Shown here: positions 28,715 to 36,696 of the stretch, in pieces
How positions within the stretch are numbered: position 1 is the stretch's first letter
Layout of the letters: each line of letters starts with the position of its first letter
Sequence record: OR472545.1
Strand: one strand, 5' to 3'
Length of the DNA stretch: 50,636 bases
From: Escherichia phage vB_EcoM_50EP
Position numbers and translations under genes: made by a program
Notes under the pieces: generated by a model
Databases searched by the model: none
Told to the model about the DNA's origin: nothing
The model's input: only the letters and a program-made list of their open reading frames with translations

Positions 28715-28757
28715 TAGCACGAATTGCCTAACACCATAGCGCCGGAAGGCGCTATAT
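28715..28757 (+). promoter_or_regulatory. TAGCAC-box promoter cassette
   Basis: TAGCACGAATTGCCTAAC ... GCGCCGGAAGGCGC hairpin ... TATATT. Confidence 0.4.
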
Positions 28758-28785
28758 TCATATCTCACTCACATAGGATTCAATC

Positions 28786-28959
28786 ATGGTTAAATTATTT
28801 TGCGTTAAGAACACATCTAAAACTCTGCCTTTCACTGTTAACAATCCGTACAGCGCCGAGTACCAGGGCGACGGGAACTACAAGATTTACGGCGACGATA
28901 TGACGTGGATTTTTGCGCCGATTGATGGTGCTTTGGTGGAATTCATTATAGAAGACTAA
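28786..28959 (+). CDS. small hypothetical protein (57 aa, below track threshold)
   Basis: ATG after cassette; ORF read manually. Confidence 0.3.
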   Translation: MVKLFCVKNTSKTLPFTVNNPYSAEYQGDGNYKIYGDDMTWIFAPIDGALVEFIIED

Positions 28960-29073
28960 GTTATAAAAAACATGAAGTTACAAAGAGGTGGCCTTTAAGG
29001 TCGCCTTTTTTCGTTTATGTCAAGGAGTAATATCTGGTATTATTTAAACAAATAAACTTGACGAGGCCGCAAC

Positions 29074-29289
29074 ATGAAACATTTCTATGACGCAGCCGCC
29101 TTATCCGGAAGCGGGGTAGCTATGGGTGGCGGTTTATCTGACAACACAATAATCGGAATTATCGGCTTAGTGGTAGCCGTGTGCTTTGGTATCTTTGGCG
29201 CATGGCTTCGCTGGCGTGATAGCCAGGCTCTACATCGTGCGCTGGAGGCTGGCGATATTCGGGAAGCCATGAAAATCAGGAGTAAATAA
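29074..29289 (+). CDS. holin (pinholin-like, two TMDs)
   Basis: 71 aa; Gly/Ala-rich weak TMD1 then strong TMD2, charged C-terminus; immediately upstream of endolysin. Confidence 0.5.
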   Translation: MKHFYDAAALSGSGVAMGGGLSDNTIIGIIGLVVAVCFGIFGAWLRWRDSQALHRALEAGDIREAMKIRSK

Positions 29290-29772
29290 ATGAGCATAAA
29301 GAATAAGGTTATTGGCTCCGCTGTTGCTGGGGCTTTGGCAATATCAGTTCCGTTTCTGAATGAATATGAGGGGGTTGAGTACAGGCCATACAAGGATGTT
29401 GCAGGGGTGTGGACGGTTTGCGCTGGTATCACTGGCTCAGATGTTGTTCTCGGTAAGGTTTACACTCAGCGAGAATGTGACGCCCTCCTTGTGAAGCATT
29501 TATCAATTCACCAAAAGGCCGTAGATTCTGCGCTAAAGGTGGATGTTCCCGTAAGTACCAGGGCAGCGCTATACTCTCTTAGCTTTAACATTGGCGCAAA
29601 TGCAATGAGAAAATCAACTGTTATCAGGCGCATGAATAGTGGCGACCTAAAGGGTGGGTGCAATGCATTCTCCATGTGGAATAAGATTACAGTTAACGGA
29701 AAGAAAGTGGTCAGCAAGGGCTTGGTTAACAGGCGCAACGGGGAGATTGAATTATGTTTAAAGGAATTGTGA
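29290..29772 (+). CDS. SAR endolysin (T4-lysozyme-type muramidase)
   Basis: N-terminal Gly/Ala-rich signal-anchor-release-like segment, E...D...T catalytic pattern. Confidence 0.65.
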   Translation: MSIKNKVIGSAVAGALAISVPFLNEYEGVEYRPYKDVAGVWTVCAGITGSDVVLGKVYTQRECDALLVKHLSIHQKAVDSALKVDVPVSTRAALYSLSFNIGANAMRKSTVIRRMNSGDLKGGCNAFSMWNKITVNGKKVVSKGLVNRRNGEIELCLKEL

Positions 29773-30140
29773 TTGCAGCGGTGATTATGCTTTCTGGTTG
29801 CTCTGCTACATCGGCTCTGACTGGTTTAATTGGCAGTAAGCCAGAAATTAGCGCGCAGGCTGGGGCCGAGAACGTGAAGCAAACGGTAGGCGTTACCGGA
29901 AAGGTGGATAAGTCAAACGACAACGACACCACTATCAAAGATTCAAAGGTAGGAAAGGTTGATACGTCAAACGGGAAGTCTGTCAGCACCTCAAGCATCA
30001 AGGCTGACACTATCATCGCTGATAAGATTGAGATCAGGAATGATGACTCTAAAGGTAATCTGATTTCCGGACTGGTATTCCTGTTCATCGGCATTGCGAT
30101 GATTGCTATTTCAATCTGGCTGGAACGACGCAAAAAATAA
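29754..30140 (+). CDS. unimolecular spanin
   Basis: N-terminal lipoprotein signal (LSGC) plus C-terminal TMD in one 128-aa protein, as in T1 gp11. Confidence 0.55.
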   Translation: MFKGIVIAAVIMLSGCSATSALTGLIGSKPEISAQAGAENVKQTVGVTGKVDKSNDNDTTIKDSKVGKVDTSNGKSVSTSSIKADTIIADKIEIRNDDSKGNLISGLVFLFIGIAMIAISIWLERRKK

Positions 30141-30142
30141 AA

Positions 30143-30167
30143 GGAGCCGAAAGGCTCCCTTTTTTTA
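30143..30167. terminator. bidirectional rho-independent terminator (GGAGCCGAAAGGCTCC + T8)
   Basis: same hairpin core as 1455; between convergent lysis and accessory operons. Confidence 0.6.
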
Positions 30168-30303
30168 TCCAAATCTTTGCACCAGCAGCAACAATTCTCC
30201 TTCATTGTTGCATAGAGTATGTTCATCACGTCGTCCGGCGCGCATGGATGAGTTAAGCATTGAAAGAAGGGCTTGGTTAAGCCCGTCCTCGCTAATCCCA
30301 TTC

Positions 30304-30678
30304 TCAGAACTGCATCTGATTATCGCGTCGATTACGACCTGGCTTTCCGAATAACTCTTCATCGCTCATCTTCTCTATGTTCATCATCTCCCATGTATAG
30401 CGATCGTTCTCACCGCCATAGCACCTGAAATGAAATTCAAATGGCCTTTTTTGCGCCCCTTTGGACCAGTACCAGTTGTTCACGCCGTCAAGGTATCCTT
30501 CGCCCATGCATCTTGCGATGAACTCCTTTGATGCTGATGATGCGAAGTAGCGAGGCGTAACTCCGGCAGCCTTCGCCAGTCGATCGCACTCCCTATGCTT
30601 GTATATGAATACCGCCAGGTGCTGACGGTTGAATTTTTCATAGCCTTCGCAAAAACGGTACAGATCCAGAAGAAACAT
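30304..30678 (-). CDS. hypothetical protein
   Basis: 124-aa ORF at end of minus-strand operon. Confidence 0.4.
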   Translation of the reverse strand: MFLLDLYRFCEGYEKFNRQHLAVFIYKHRECDRLAKAAGVTPRYFASSASKEFIARCMGEGYLDGVNNWYWSKGAQKRPFEFHFRCYGGENDRYTWEMMNIEKMSDEELFGKPGRNRRDNQMQF

Positions 30679-30681
30679 AAT

Positions 30682-32265
30682 TTACCCCAGCAGTCGCGGA
30701 TTAATGTAAATTTTATCACCAATCAGGCACGTATAGTTTTTCTCATCCAGCATAGGGATCAGATGGTCTTTGATGCGAGTCATTACACCAGCCTGGCCCT
30801 CGAATGGCTTAACCTTACGCGCCGCTTCATATAGGGATCGGACACCTACAACGCCTTTCCCGTTCTTGCCTTGCTTGATCAGGATGTCAATAAGCTTGTT
30901 CATCTCCGCATGGTCGCCAGCGTGACCAGCAGCGTTTGCAGATGACAGATAAGTTTTACTCAGTTCCTGGAACATAATTACAGCTTCTTGCATTGTATCA
31001 AGCTCAATCTCTCTGGACTTCTGCGGACTTCCGCCATTGGGATTAAACCAGTTACGCACAGTGTGAAGAACAGCCGCGATCCTGATAGCCTGCTTATCGA
31101 ACTTACCCAGCGCGCCGCGAAGCATTGTGTGTGAATACTTCCCGCCGTCCGCAAGGTGAGGTTCCATATCCTGACGCGCACGGTTGAGATATTTCATCGC
31201 CGACGTGCTCACTGTCAGGTTGACTTCGTGTTCGCTCATGATCTCATGGACCAGACGGAAGTAGTCCGCCTTGAGTCCTCCATCAATCGGCTCGTATGTT
31301 GATTCGCCTTTTTCGTCAACGAATACACGCTCGCCAAGGAATGACTTCTCACGCACAAGCAAGAAACGTTCTGACACACCGATACCACGCGCACCAGCAT
31401 TCATGATCGCGTTGATTGTTTCATCCTGTGCAATTACAGAGATGCAACCCATCGCAATAAAGCTCATGTTATTGTCTGCGTTCGCACGCGCGATAGATAC
31501 GTTACCAGCATCCCATGCTTTCAGCACAAGCTCGCTGTTCGTTTTCTTTGAGCCATCACCATAGGTCATGCCTAACAGTGAGTTTACGCTCGTCGCTTCA
31601 TCCGAGATCACAGAGAAGTTACCCTGGCGGTTGTTGATTCGCGCCAGACCTTCCGGCGTGGTGTCGGATACGGGGAATACGATGTCACAAAGGCGTTCCA
31701 GTTTTTCTTCCAGTTCTTCTTTTTCCTCAAACAGTGCCGCCATGTCGGACGGTGATTTTTCCTGCTTCATCTCCTTGGATAGAGCAGATAGTTTAGCCAT
31801 AATCTTCTTGCGGTCGCGCTTTCGGATCTCGTTGAGTCGTTCAGTCTCTGCGATCATCGGGGCCAGAGAAAGTGAGTTAATGGCTGATTTACCTGTCGAT
31901 GGTGGCTGACTGGTTACGACGTAAAGAGCGGTCGGCTGTTGTGTTCCGTGATACTCAACCGTAAATCGGCCCAGCATGGCGGCTGATATGCATCCGAGGA
32001 AATGCATGTAAGCGGACGACTCGGGGAACTGAACTGAACGAGCGGCATTGCTTGACAGCTTACCAACGACATCATAATCGTTACCAAGTGAGATAACCGG
32101 ATATTTGTCACCGCCTGAGTCAATTTCTGTTGGGGCTTTCCAGAATGATTGGCTCTGCCTGTATCCGTTCGCATTGATGGCAACGCGCAAAGGTGGCAGG
32201 TTATCGGCAGCGGCTACAGCCATTACCTGATCGATAGACAATTTATCTTCGTTAAAATCAAACAT
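30682..32265 (-). CDS. P-loop NTPase, unknown family (possible replication/primase-associated ATPase)
   Basis: Walker A-like PPSTGKS; 527 aa; N- and C-terminal ends shared with mini-paralog at 36693..37262. Confidence 0.5.
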   Translation of the reverse strand: MFDFNEDKLSIDQVMAVAAADNLPPLRVAINANGYRQSQSFWKAPTEIDSGGDKYPVISLGNDYDVVGKLSSNAARSVQFPESSAYMHFLGCISAAMLGRFTVEYHGTQQPTALYVVTSQPPSTGKSAINSLSLAPMIAETERLNEIRKRDRKKIMAKLSALSKEMKQEKSPSDMAALFEEKEELEEKLERLCDIVFPVSDTTPEGLARINNRQGNFSVISDEATSVNSLLGMTYGDGSKKTNSELVLKAWDAGNVSIARANADNNMSFIAMGCISVIAQDETINAIMNAGARGIGVSERFLLVREKSFLGERVFVDEKGESTYEPIDGGLKADYFRLVHEIMSEHEVNLTVSTSAMKYLNRARQDMEPHLADGGKYSHTMLRGALGKFDKQAIRIAAVLHTVRNWFNPNGGSPQKSREIELDTMQEAVIMFQELSKTYLSSANAAGHAGDHAEMNKLIDILIKQGKNGKGVVGVRSLYEAARKVKPFEGQAGVMTRIKDHLIPMLDEKNYTCLIGDKIYINPRLLG

Positions 32266-32297
32266 CTTATTCTCTCTCGTTGTTATCGATGGGTATA

Positions 32298-32341
32298 AAT
32301 ATACCCGCCGAAGCGGGTATTGTCATTAACAAAAAGTGCTA
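32298..32341 (-). promoter_or_regulatory. TAGCAC-box promoter cassette (minus)
   Basis: rc: TAGCACTTTTTGTTAATG ... CCCGCTTCGGCGGG hairpin ... TATATT. Confidence 0.4.
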
Positions 32342-32548
32342 TTTTTTGAAGTGCCCTGGCGCATAGCATTTTCCATCCTTCTTATGCAAAACCCACCCAG
32401 CAGATTTAAGTTGCCTTGCACAATCAGAAAAGTTCTCGCCAGCAGCGTCCGTATAGTGTGGCATAAAATAATGCCCATCATCATTTGACTCAGTTGAGCA
32501 CTTCTTGCAGTCGCAATAAACAGCGATGGAATAACCTGAAACAATCAT
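32339..32548 (-). CDS. small Cys-rich protein (possible zinc-binding)
   Basis: 69 aa with CDCKKC ... C ... C pattern. Confidence 0.35.
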   Translation of the reverse strand: MIVSGYSIAVYCDCKKCSTESNDDGHYFMPHYTDAAGENFSDCARQLKSAGWVLHKKDGKCYAPGHFKK

Positions 32549-32898
32549 TTGTAAGCCGCCTCAAACTTATACATCCCATAACCAACATCATATCCAACCT
32601 CATCATCACGAGTGAGTTGCCAGCCGTCGCCGTCATTGTCGTAGATGTAGCCGGCATTACGACCTAATCCAGCGTGCATGGAGATCTGATAGCGCTTTCC
32701 TTCAGTGAATGATTTCTTAAGTGGATTGCTGTGGTCAACTTTTGTACATAGCAGGGTTTTGGTCTTAATGTAGCGCCCCTTGACGTCCAGGTTAACCCAC
32801 TTGCCATCAACCTTGATTTGCTCTACCTCATCTTTCACGCGAGCTTTCAGCATGCGGTTATCTGATGTGACGAAGTTTTTGGTGATAGTGGTAGCCAT
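32545..32898 (-). CDS. hypothetical protein
   Basis: 117 aa, ATGA-coupled to downstream gene. Confidence 0.4.
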   Translation of the reverse strand: MATTITKNFVTSDNRMLKARVKDEVEQIKVDGKWVNLDVKGRYIKTKTLLCTKVDHSNPLKKSFTEGKRYQISMHAGLGRNAGYIYDNDGDGWQLTRDDEVGYDVGYGMYKFEAAYK

Positions 32899-32936
32899 GA
32901 TTATTTTCCTTTAGTGTGTTTCGTTTCGATGAGATG

Positions 32937-32979
32937 AATATACAGGAAAAGCCCCGAAGGGCTTTAGCAATTCGTGCTA
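32937..32979 (-). promoter_or_regulatory. TAGCAC-box promoter cassette (minus)
   Basis: rc: TAGCACGAATTGCTAAAG ... GCCCTTCGGGGC hairpin ... TATATT ... CATCGAAACGAAAC. Confidence 0.45.
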
Positions 32980-33489
32980 TCTTCCATGGTTTTCATGAAA
33001 ACCAAGCCTTGCATTGGCTGACATTCTCATGCATACAGCCTCAAACCAATCTTTTGACGTTCCGAGCTTTATATTTCTCCTTTTTCCACCATCCTTTATC
33101 TCAACCTGAGCCAGCCAAGTGTTTCTATCAGACCTCCACACAACGCCGCACACGCCGCTTTTGTTTAGTGGGCTTTTGCTGAAATTTCTACAATTTCCAG
33201 ATCTGGAAACAAGCCTGTGATTGCTGTCGGAATTGTCATCTCTTATGTGATTTATGTGATCAACCTCCATCCCCTCTGGTATCACGCCGTGCCTCATCTC
33301 CCAAATTATTCTATGATGAGGGTGGCATACTCCGTTAACCTCAGAATAAAGGTATCCATTCATTACATATCCTGCTAAATCGCCAGGTCTTATCTGATTA
33401 TTTCCTCTAATCCAAAAAAGCCTGTCATTCACTAGTTCAAAATGCTTTGTCCAGTCATTACTTATTGCTTTCATAAATCGCTCTCGCAA
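32977..33489 (-). mobile_element. HNH homing endonuclease with AP2-like DNA-binding domain
   Basis: HRIIWEMRHG ... VDHINHIRDDN ... N HNH pattern followed by GVCGVVW...W.A...GK AP2-like segment. Confidence 0.6.
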
Positions 33490-34126
33490 AACCTTCCGGT
33501 GTTAATGAGCGGAGTACCTTTGTCTTTGCAGACTTTCCGCCGCAGTATTTCCAGGCCCAGAAGAATCCAATGCTCTCAACTGGCTTTTTAATAGGTTCAA
33601 CAAATCCATTGCCACACCAAATGCAAGTCTTTTTATTGTAAGCATTACGAGTGGGCATTCTTGGGTGATAAACATCATCGTGATCAACGTAACCGCCATA
33701 ATCGCAAGGATTGAAATAGAAGTCAGGCTTACGCCACAGGCTTGACAGTTTGCCTACAGGATTCTCAACCATCCATGGGGCATTAAAGTGATTGCCGACT
33801 TCTTCGACTAACTTCGCGTTAGCCAGAGCATACGCCAGTTCATCTTCCCCGCGCTCATGCTGTGATCCAGACTGAGAGAACAGCGTGCAATCAGGAAAGC
33901 CGATAACCATTTGCGCCGGAGGCAGGCCGAGCAATTCACACTTATTGATGAAATCCTTGTCAATCCACATGTTGACGTAGTGGATGTTCTCATGCTTCAT
34001 CTTGATGTGATATTCGCCATGATTGCCGGAGTCCGCGTTGAAGCAGTAGACGGTGTGACCATCTTCCGCCCATGGGAGGCCAGCAATACCAGAACCGTCG
34101 AACAAGCAGTAAATTACCTTTTTCAT
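33458..34126 (-). CDS. putative DNA (cytosine-5) methyltransferase-like protein
   Basis: FDGSG (motif I-like), GFPDC..FSQSG (PC motif-like), ENPVG (ENV-like); short at 222 aa so uncertain. Confidence 0.4.
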   Translation of the reverse strand: MKKVIYCLFDGSGIAGLPWAEDGHTVYCFNADSGNHGEYHIKMKHENIHYVNMWIDKDFINKCELLGLPPAQMVIGFPDCTLFSQSGSQHERGEDELAYALANAKLVEEVGNHFNAPWMVENPVGKLSSLWRKPDFYFNPCDYGGYVDHDDVYHPRMPTRNAYNKKTCIWCGNGFVEPIKKPVESIGFFWAWKYCGGKSAKTKVLRSLTPEGFARAIYESNK

Positions 34127-34296
34127 TTCTTCTTTGCCTTCTCAATTGCTTTCTGTGTGATTTCAAAGCTGCTTTGTAGGTCGGATTCTGTTTTGCGGCT
34201 CATGTTTAGATCGCTTGCTGTAAGTCTATACCCTGGTCGCGAGATTCCCGCTACAACCTGCATATCACCACAATTCAAATCGGATGGCTTGAGCAT
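34123..34296 (-). CDS. small hypothetical protein (57 aa, below track threshold), translationally coupled to the methyltransferase-like gene
   Basis: manually translated; ATGA overlap at 34123-34126 and TAATG overlap at 34294-34298. Confidence 0.3.
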   Translation of the reverse strand: MLKPSDLNCGDMQVVAGISRPGYRLTASDLNMSRKTESDLQSSFEITQKAIEKAKKK

Positions 34297-34535
34297 TATT
34301 TCACCTCATCAAACGTTGCGATACCAGGGATAAACATTCCGACCTTCCAGCCTGCGATAGCAATCCAGCCAGAATCGTGCTTGTGCGGTCTCTCAGCGCC
34401 ATTAATCACCCATTCGTTCGGGATTGTCTTACCGTTAATGATTAGCGCCTCAGCGTCGTATACAGAGCCTTTTACGAACGGTGTCAAAACCTTCTTGTCG
34501 GTGCTGGTGATTACGTTAGTGCATTTTACTTTCAT
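34296..34535 (-). CDS. hypothetical protein
   Basis: 79-aa ORF in operon. Confidence 0.4.
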   Translation of the reverse strand: MKVKCTNVITSTDKKVLTPFVKGSVYDAEALIINGKTIPNEWVINGAERPHKHDSGWIAIAGWKVGMFIPGIATFDEVK

Positions 34536-34544
34536 GATCTCACC

Positions 34545-34760
34545 TTAGAACGGGATTCCGTCATCAAATTTTAAGCGGTAGTCGAAATCATCCCCGATCC
34601 CGTCTACTGACTGGTTGCTTTCGCTTTCCAGATCCATATCCATAACGCCCAATGCGTCATCGAGTTCGATGCATCCGTAAGCAACCTTGATCGCCCACTC
34701 TTCATTGAGTCCGGCTTCAAGTGCCGCGCGGTGGCGGCTCCAGAAATTATCTTGATGCAC
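34545..34760 (-). CDS. small acidic protein with SSB-like C-terminal tip (FDDGIPF)
   Basis: 71 aa; C-terminus DDFDYRLKFDDGIPF resembles SSB tail FDDDIPF of this phage's own SSB. Confidence 0.45.
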   Translation of the reverse strand: MHQDNFWSRHRAALEAGLNEEWAIKVAYGCIELDDALGVMDMDLESESNQSVDGIGDDFDYRLKFDDGIPF

Positions 34761-34762
34761 TG

Positions 34763-34987
34763 TTAGCTCCAGGAATTGATGTAAAGTGAGTTATCGTTTA
34801 ACAGGTTGACCATCTCAGCACGGGTAAGGCTACGGATGATTGATCCTGGATGAGTGCCAACAACGTAGCGGTCGAACTCACGGCGCGTAATGGTGATTTG
34901 GCTTACGCCTGCGGCGCGGTCCAGCTTGACGATTGCACGGCCTTTTGCTTCGATGTGTGCTACTACGTTCTGAGCTTTAACTGACAT
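34763..34987 (-). CDS. hypothetical protein
   Basis: 74-aa ORF after cassette. Confidence 0.4.
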   Translation of the reverse strand: MSVKAQNVVAHIEAKGRAIVKLDRAAGVSQITITRREFDRYVVGTHPGSIIRSLTRAEMVNLLNDNSLYINSWS

Positions 34988-35023
34988 TTTTACTTCCTCT
35001 TTGTGTACTTCGTTTCGATGAAA

Positions 35024-35068
35024 TGATTATGCCTCATTCCGTGAGGCTTCGTTTAGCAATTCGTGCTA
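35024..35068 (-). promoter_or_regulatory. TAGCAC-box promoter cassette (minus)
   Basis: rc: TAGCACGAATTGCTAAAC ... GCCTCACGGAATGAGGC hairpin ... CATCGAAACGAAGT. Confidence 0.45.
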
Positions 35069-35070
35069 TT

Positions 35071-35262
35071 TCAGAATTTAACTTTCTCGACTACCTGGAC
35101 CATCTCGTATCCAAGGCGGTAACTGTCACCAAGGATTAATCGGCCCATGAACTGATCTTGCGTGAAGCTCTCCTTGCCCATGGTCCGAAGCGCTCCGTGA
35201 TGGATGATGGTGTCGCCTACCTTCACGTCGTTCTTGTGCGTCAAAACAATTTCGTTAGCCAT
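35071..35262 (-). CDS. hypothetical protein
   Basis: 63-aa ORF. Confidence 0.35.
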   Translation of the reverse strand: MANEIVLTHKNDVKVGDTIIHHGALRTMGKESFTQDQFMGRLILGDSYRLGYEMVQVVEKVKF

Positions 35263-35275
35263 TATGCTGATCCCC

Positions 35276-35458
35276 TTACATGTGTTTCATGTAGAAAGCG
35301 ATTTCACGGATGTTGTCCTCTGGATGAGCCTTCACGACTACCGCGAACATCTTCTCAACCAGCGACTTGGTGCTCTCAGGGTTGTAACCTTCCTGGACCA
35401 GCATGGCGATAGTGTTTTCGATGGTAACTGGTGAGTTCTTGTTGATGCGCTTAGCCAT
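35276..35458 (-). CDS. hypothetical protein
   Basis: 60-aa ORF after cassette. Confidence 0.35.
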   Translation of the reverse strand: MAKRINKNSPVTIENTIAMLVQEGYNPESTKSLVEKMFAVVVKAHPEDNIREIAFYMKHM

Positions 35459-35494
35459 GATGATTTCCTTTAGTGCGTGCCGTTTCGATGAGGT

Positions 35495-35538
35495 AATAAT
35501 AGCTAATCACTCCTGATCGGTCATTAGCAAAAAGTGCT
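35495..35538 (-). promoter_or_regulatory. TAGCAC-box promoter cassette (minus)
   Basis: rc: TAGCACTTTTTGCTAATG ... TATTAT ... CATCGAAACGGCAC. Confidence 0.45.
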
Positions 35539-35552
35539 ATTCGTTCGATTTA

Positions 35553-35665
35553 TGGATTGTTGCAGCTATTGCAATGATTAACTTCACTATTGCACATATA
35601 GCAATATTGCATCCTTTGCAATGACGTTTTCGATTGTTGCGAATTGAGCAATGATTCATTGATGG
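35553..35665. repeat. cluster of at least 7 TTGCA(A/T) / GCAATGATT direct and inverted repeats
   Basis: ATTGTTGCAGCTATTGCAATGATTAACTTCACTATTGCACATATAGCAATATTGCATCCTTTGCAATGACG...TTGCGAATTGAGCAATGATTC. Confidence 0.5.
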
Positions 35666-35788
35666 GGGGAATGATGGGGTGAGATCTGATCCCCTGATCG
35701 CCTGGTAGGATTTTCCCGCCACACGTTTCTAGCGCATACGCGTTATGCATGTTATGCTCTGTAGACAAATCCATCCGGCGTGGAATCA

Positions 35789-35905
35789 GGTACGCATATA
35801 ACGCCTATTTACGCTATGGTTACAATAAAATATCCTTATATAACAACCCTTTATCTATATTATTATTATTATTATATATATATGTAGATAATGTAGATAA
35901 GGGAT
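35789..35905. repeat. AT-rich control-region core with GGTTACA motifs and (ATT)n tract; homologous to 16226..16340
   Basis: TTTACGCTATGGTTACAATAAAATATCC...ATTATTATTATTATTATATATATAT alignable with first locus. Confidence 0.5.
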
Positions 35906-36174
35906 ACGAGATATTGCGATAGTTTTCTATGATACATTCTGACACTTGTAAGAATGGGATGACATTGTAGGAATAAAAAGGCATATATGGGGCAATCCTC
36001 CGCGAAATTTGATGTACAAGCTGTACACAGTGGTTACATTGAGCTATATCTGGCCCGAGAGGTCGCAAAACGTAACTAAGTCGAACATTTGCATCAATAA
36101 CACTTGATAACATGTAACCACGCTGGTAATATTGCACCCATCTTAACGAAGACCACCAATCAGGAGTAACATCT

Positions 36175-36696
36175 ATGTCAAATCATAATCAACCCGTAAG
36201 CCTGGGCGATGTCGTCCGCTACATGGCGGAGCAGGCGCTCAAGTCCGAGAACCGCAGCTACCACGTTCCAATCCACCTGATAGCTCGCCAGATGTACGGC
36301 CTCACGGCTGATGATATGGGCAGAATCAATGCCGACGACCTTGAGGCTGGCGGTAAGTACAGCGTTGCAAAGCTGAAAGCCTCGTACGTCTCTAACACGG
36401 TTGCCAGGATGCCAGAGATTCAGGCGGCGAACGTTCGGGCCAAGCTGTCAATCAAGGATGGCGACTTCGGGGATGATGTAGATGTTCGATGTGCTTACAT
36501 CACCCTGGTTGATGGTGCGATCCAGACCGGAACACGACACAAGGGTGACGCGGAAAAGGAGGCGGTCATCGTTGAAAGGTTCAAGTCTCGGTTGCTCAAG
36601 ATCACACCGAACGTCATCGACCTGCAAGGTGAGCAGAAAGAAGGTGCGCTCATTGCCCTGGCTCGCTACCATGAAATGATCAAGGATACTAAATGA
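36175..36696 (+). CDS. hypothetical early protein
   Basis: 173-aa ORF, first gene after AT-rich region, RBS AGGAG. Confidence 0.45.
   Translation: MSNHNQPVSLGDVVRYMAEQALKSENRSYHVPIHLIARQMYGLTADDMGRINADDLEAGGKYSVAKLKASYVSNTVARMPEIQAANVRAKLSIKDGDFGDDVDVRCAYITLVDGAIQTGTRHKGDAEKEAVIVERFKSRLLKITPNVIDLQGEQKEGALIALARYHEMIKDTK

Noticed and set aside
35820-36137. Track ORF on the minus strand spanning the AT-rich repeat region
   Set aside because: Low-complexity AT-rich translation (Tyr/Asn/Ile-rich), no RBS, overlaps iteron and microsatellite DNA; more likely non-coding control sequence.
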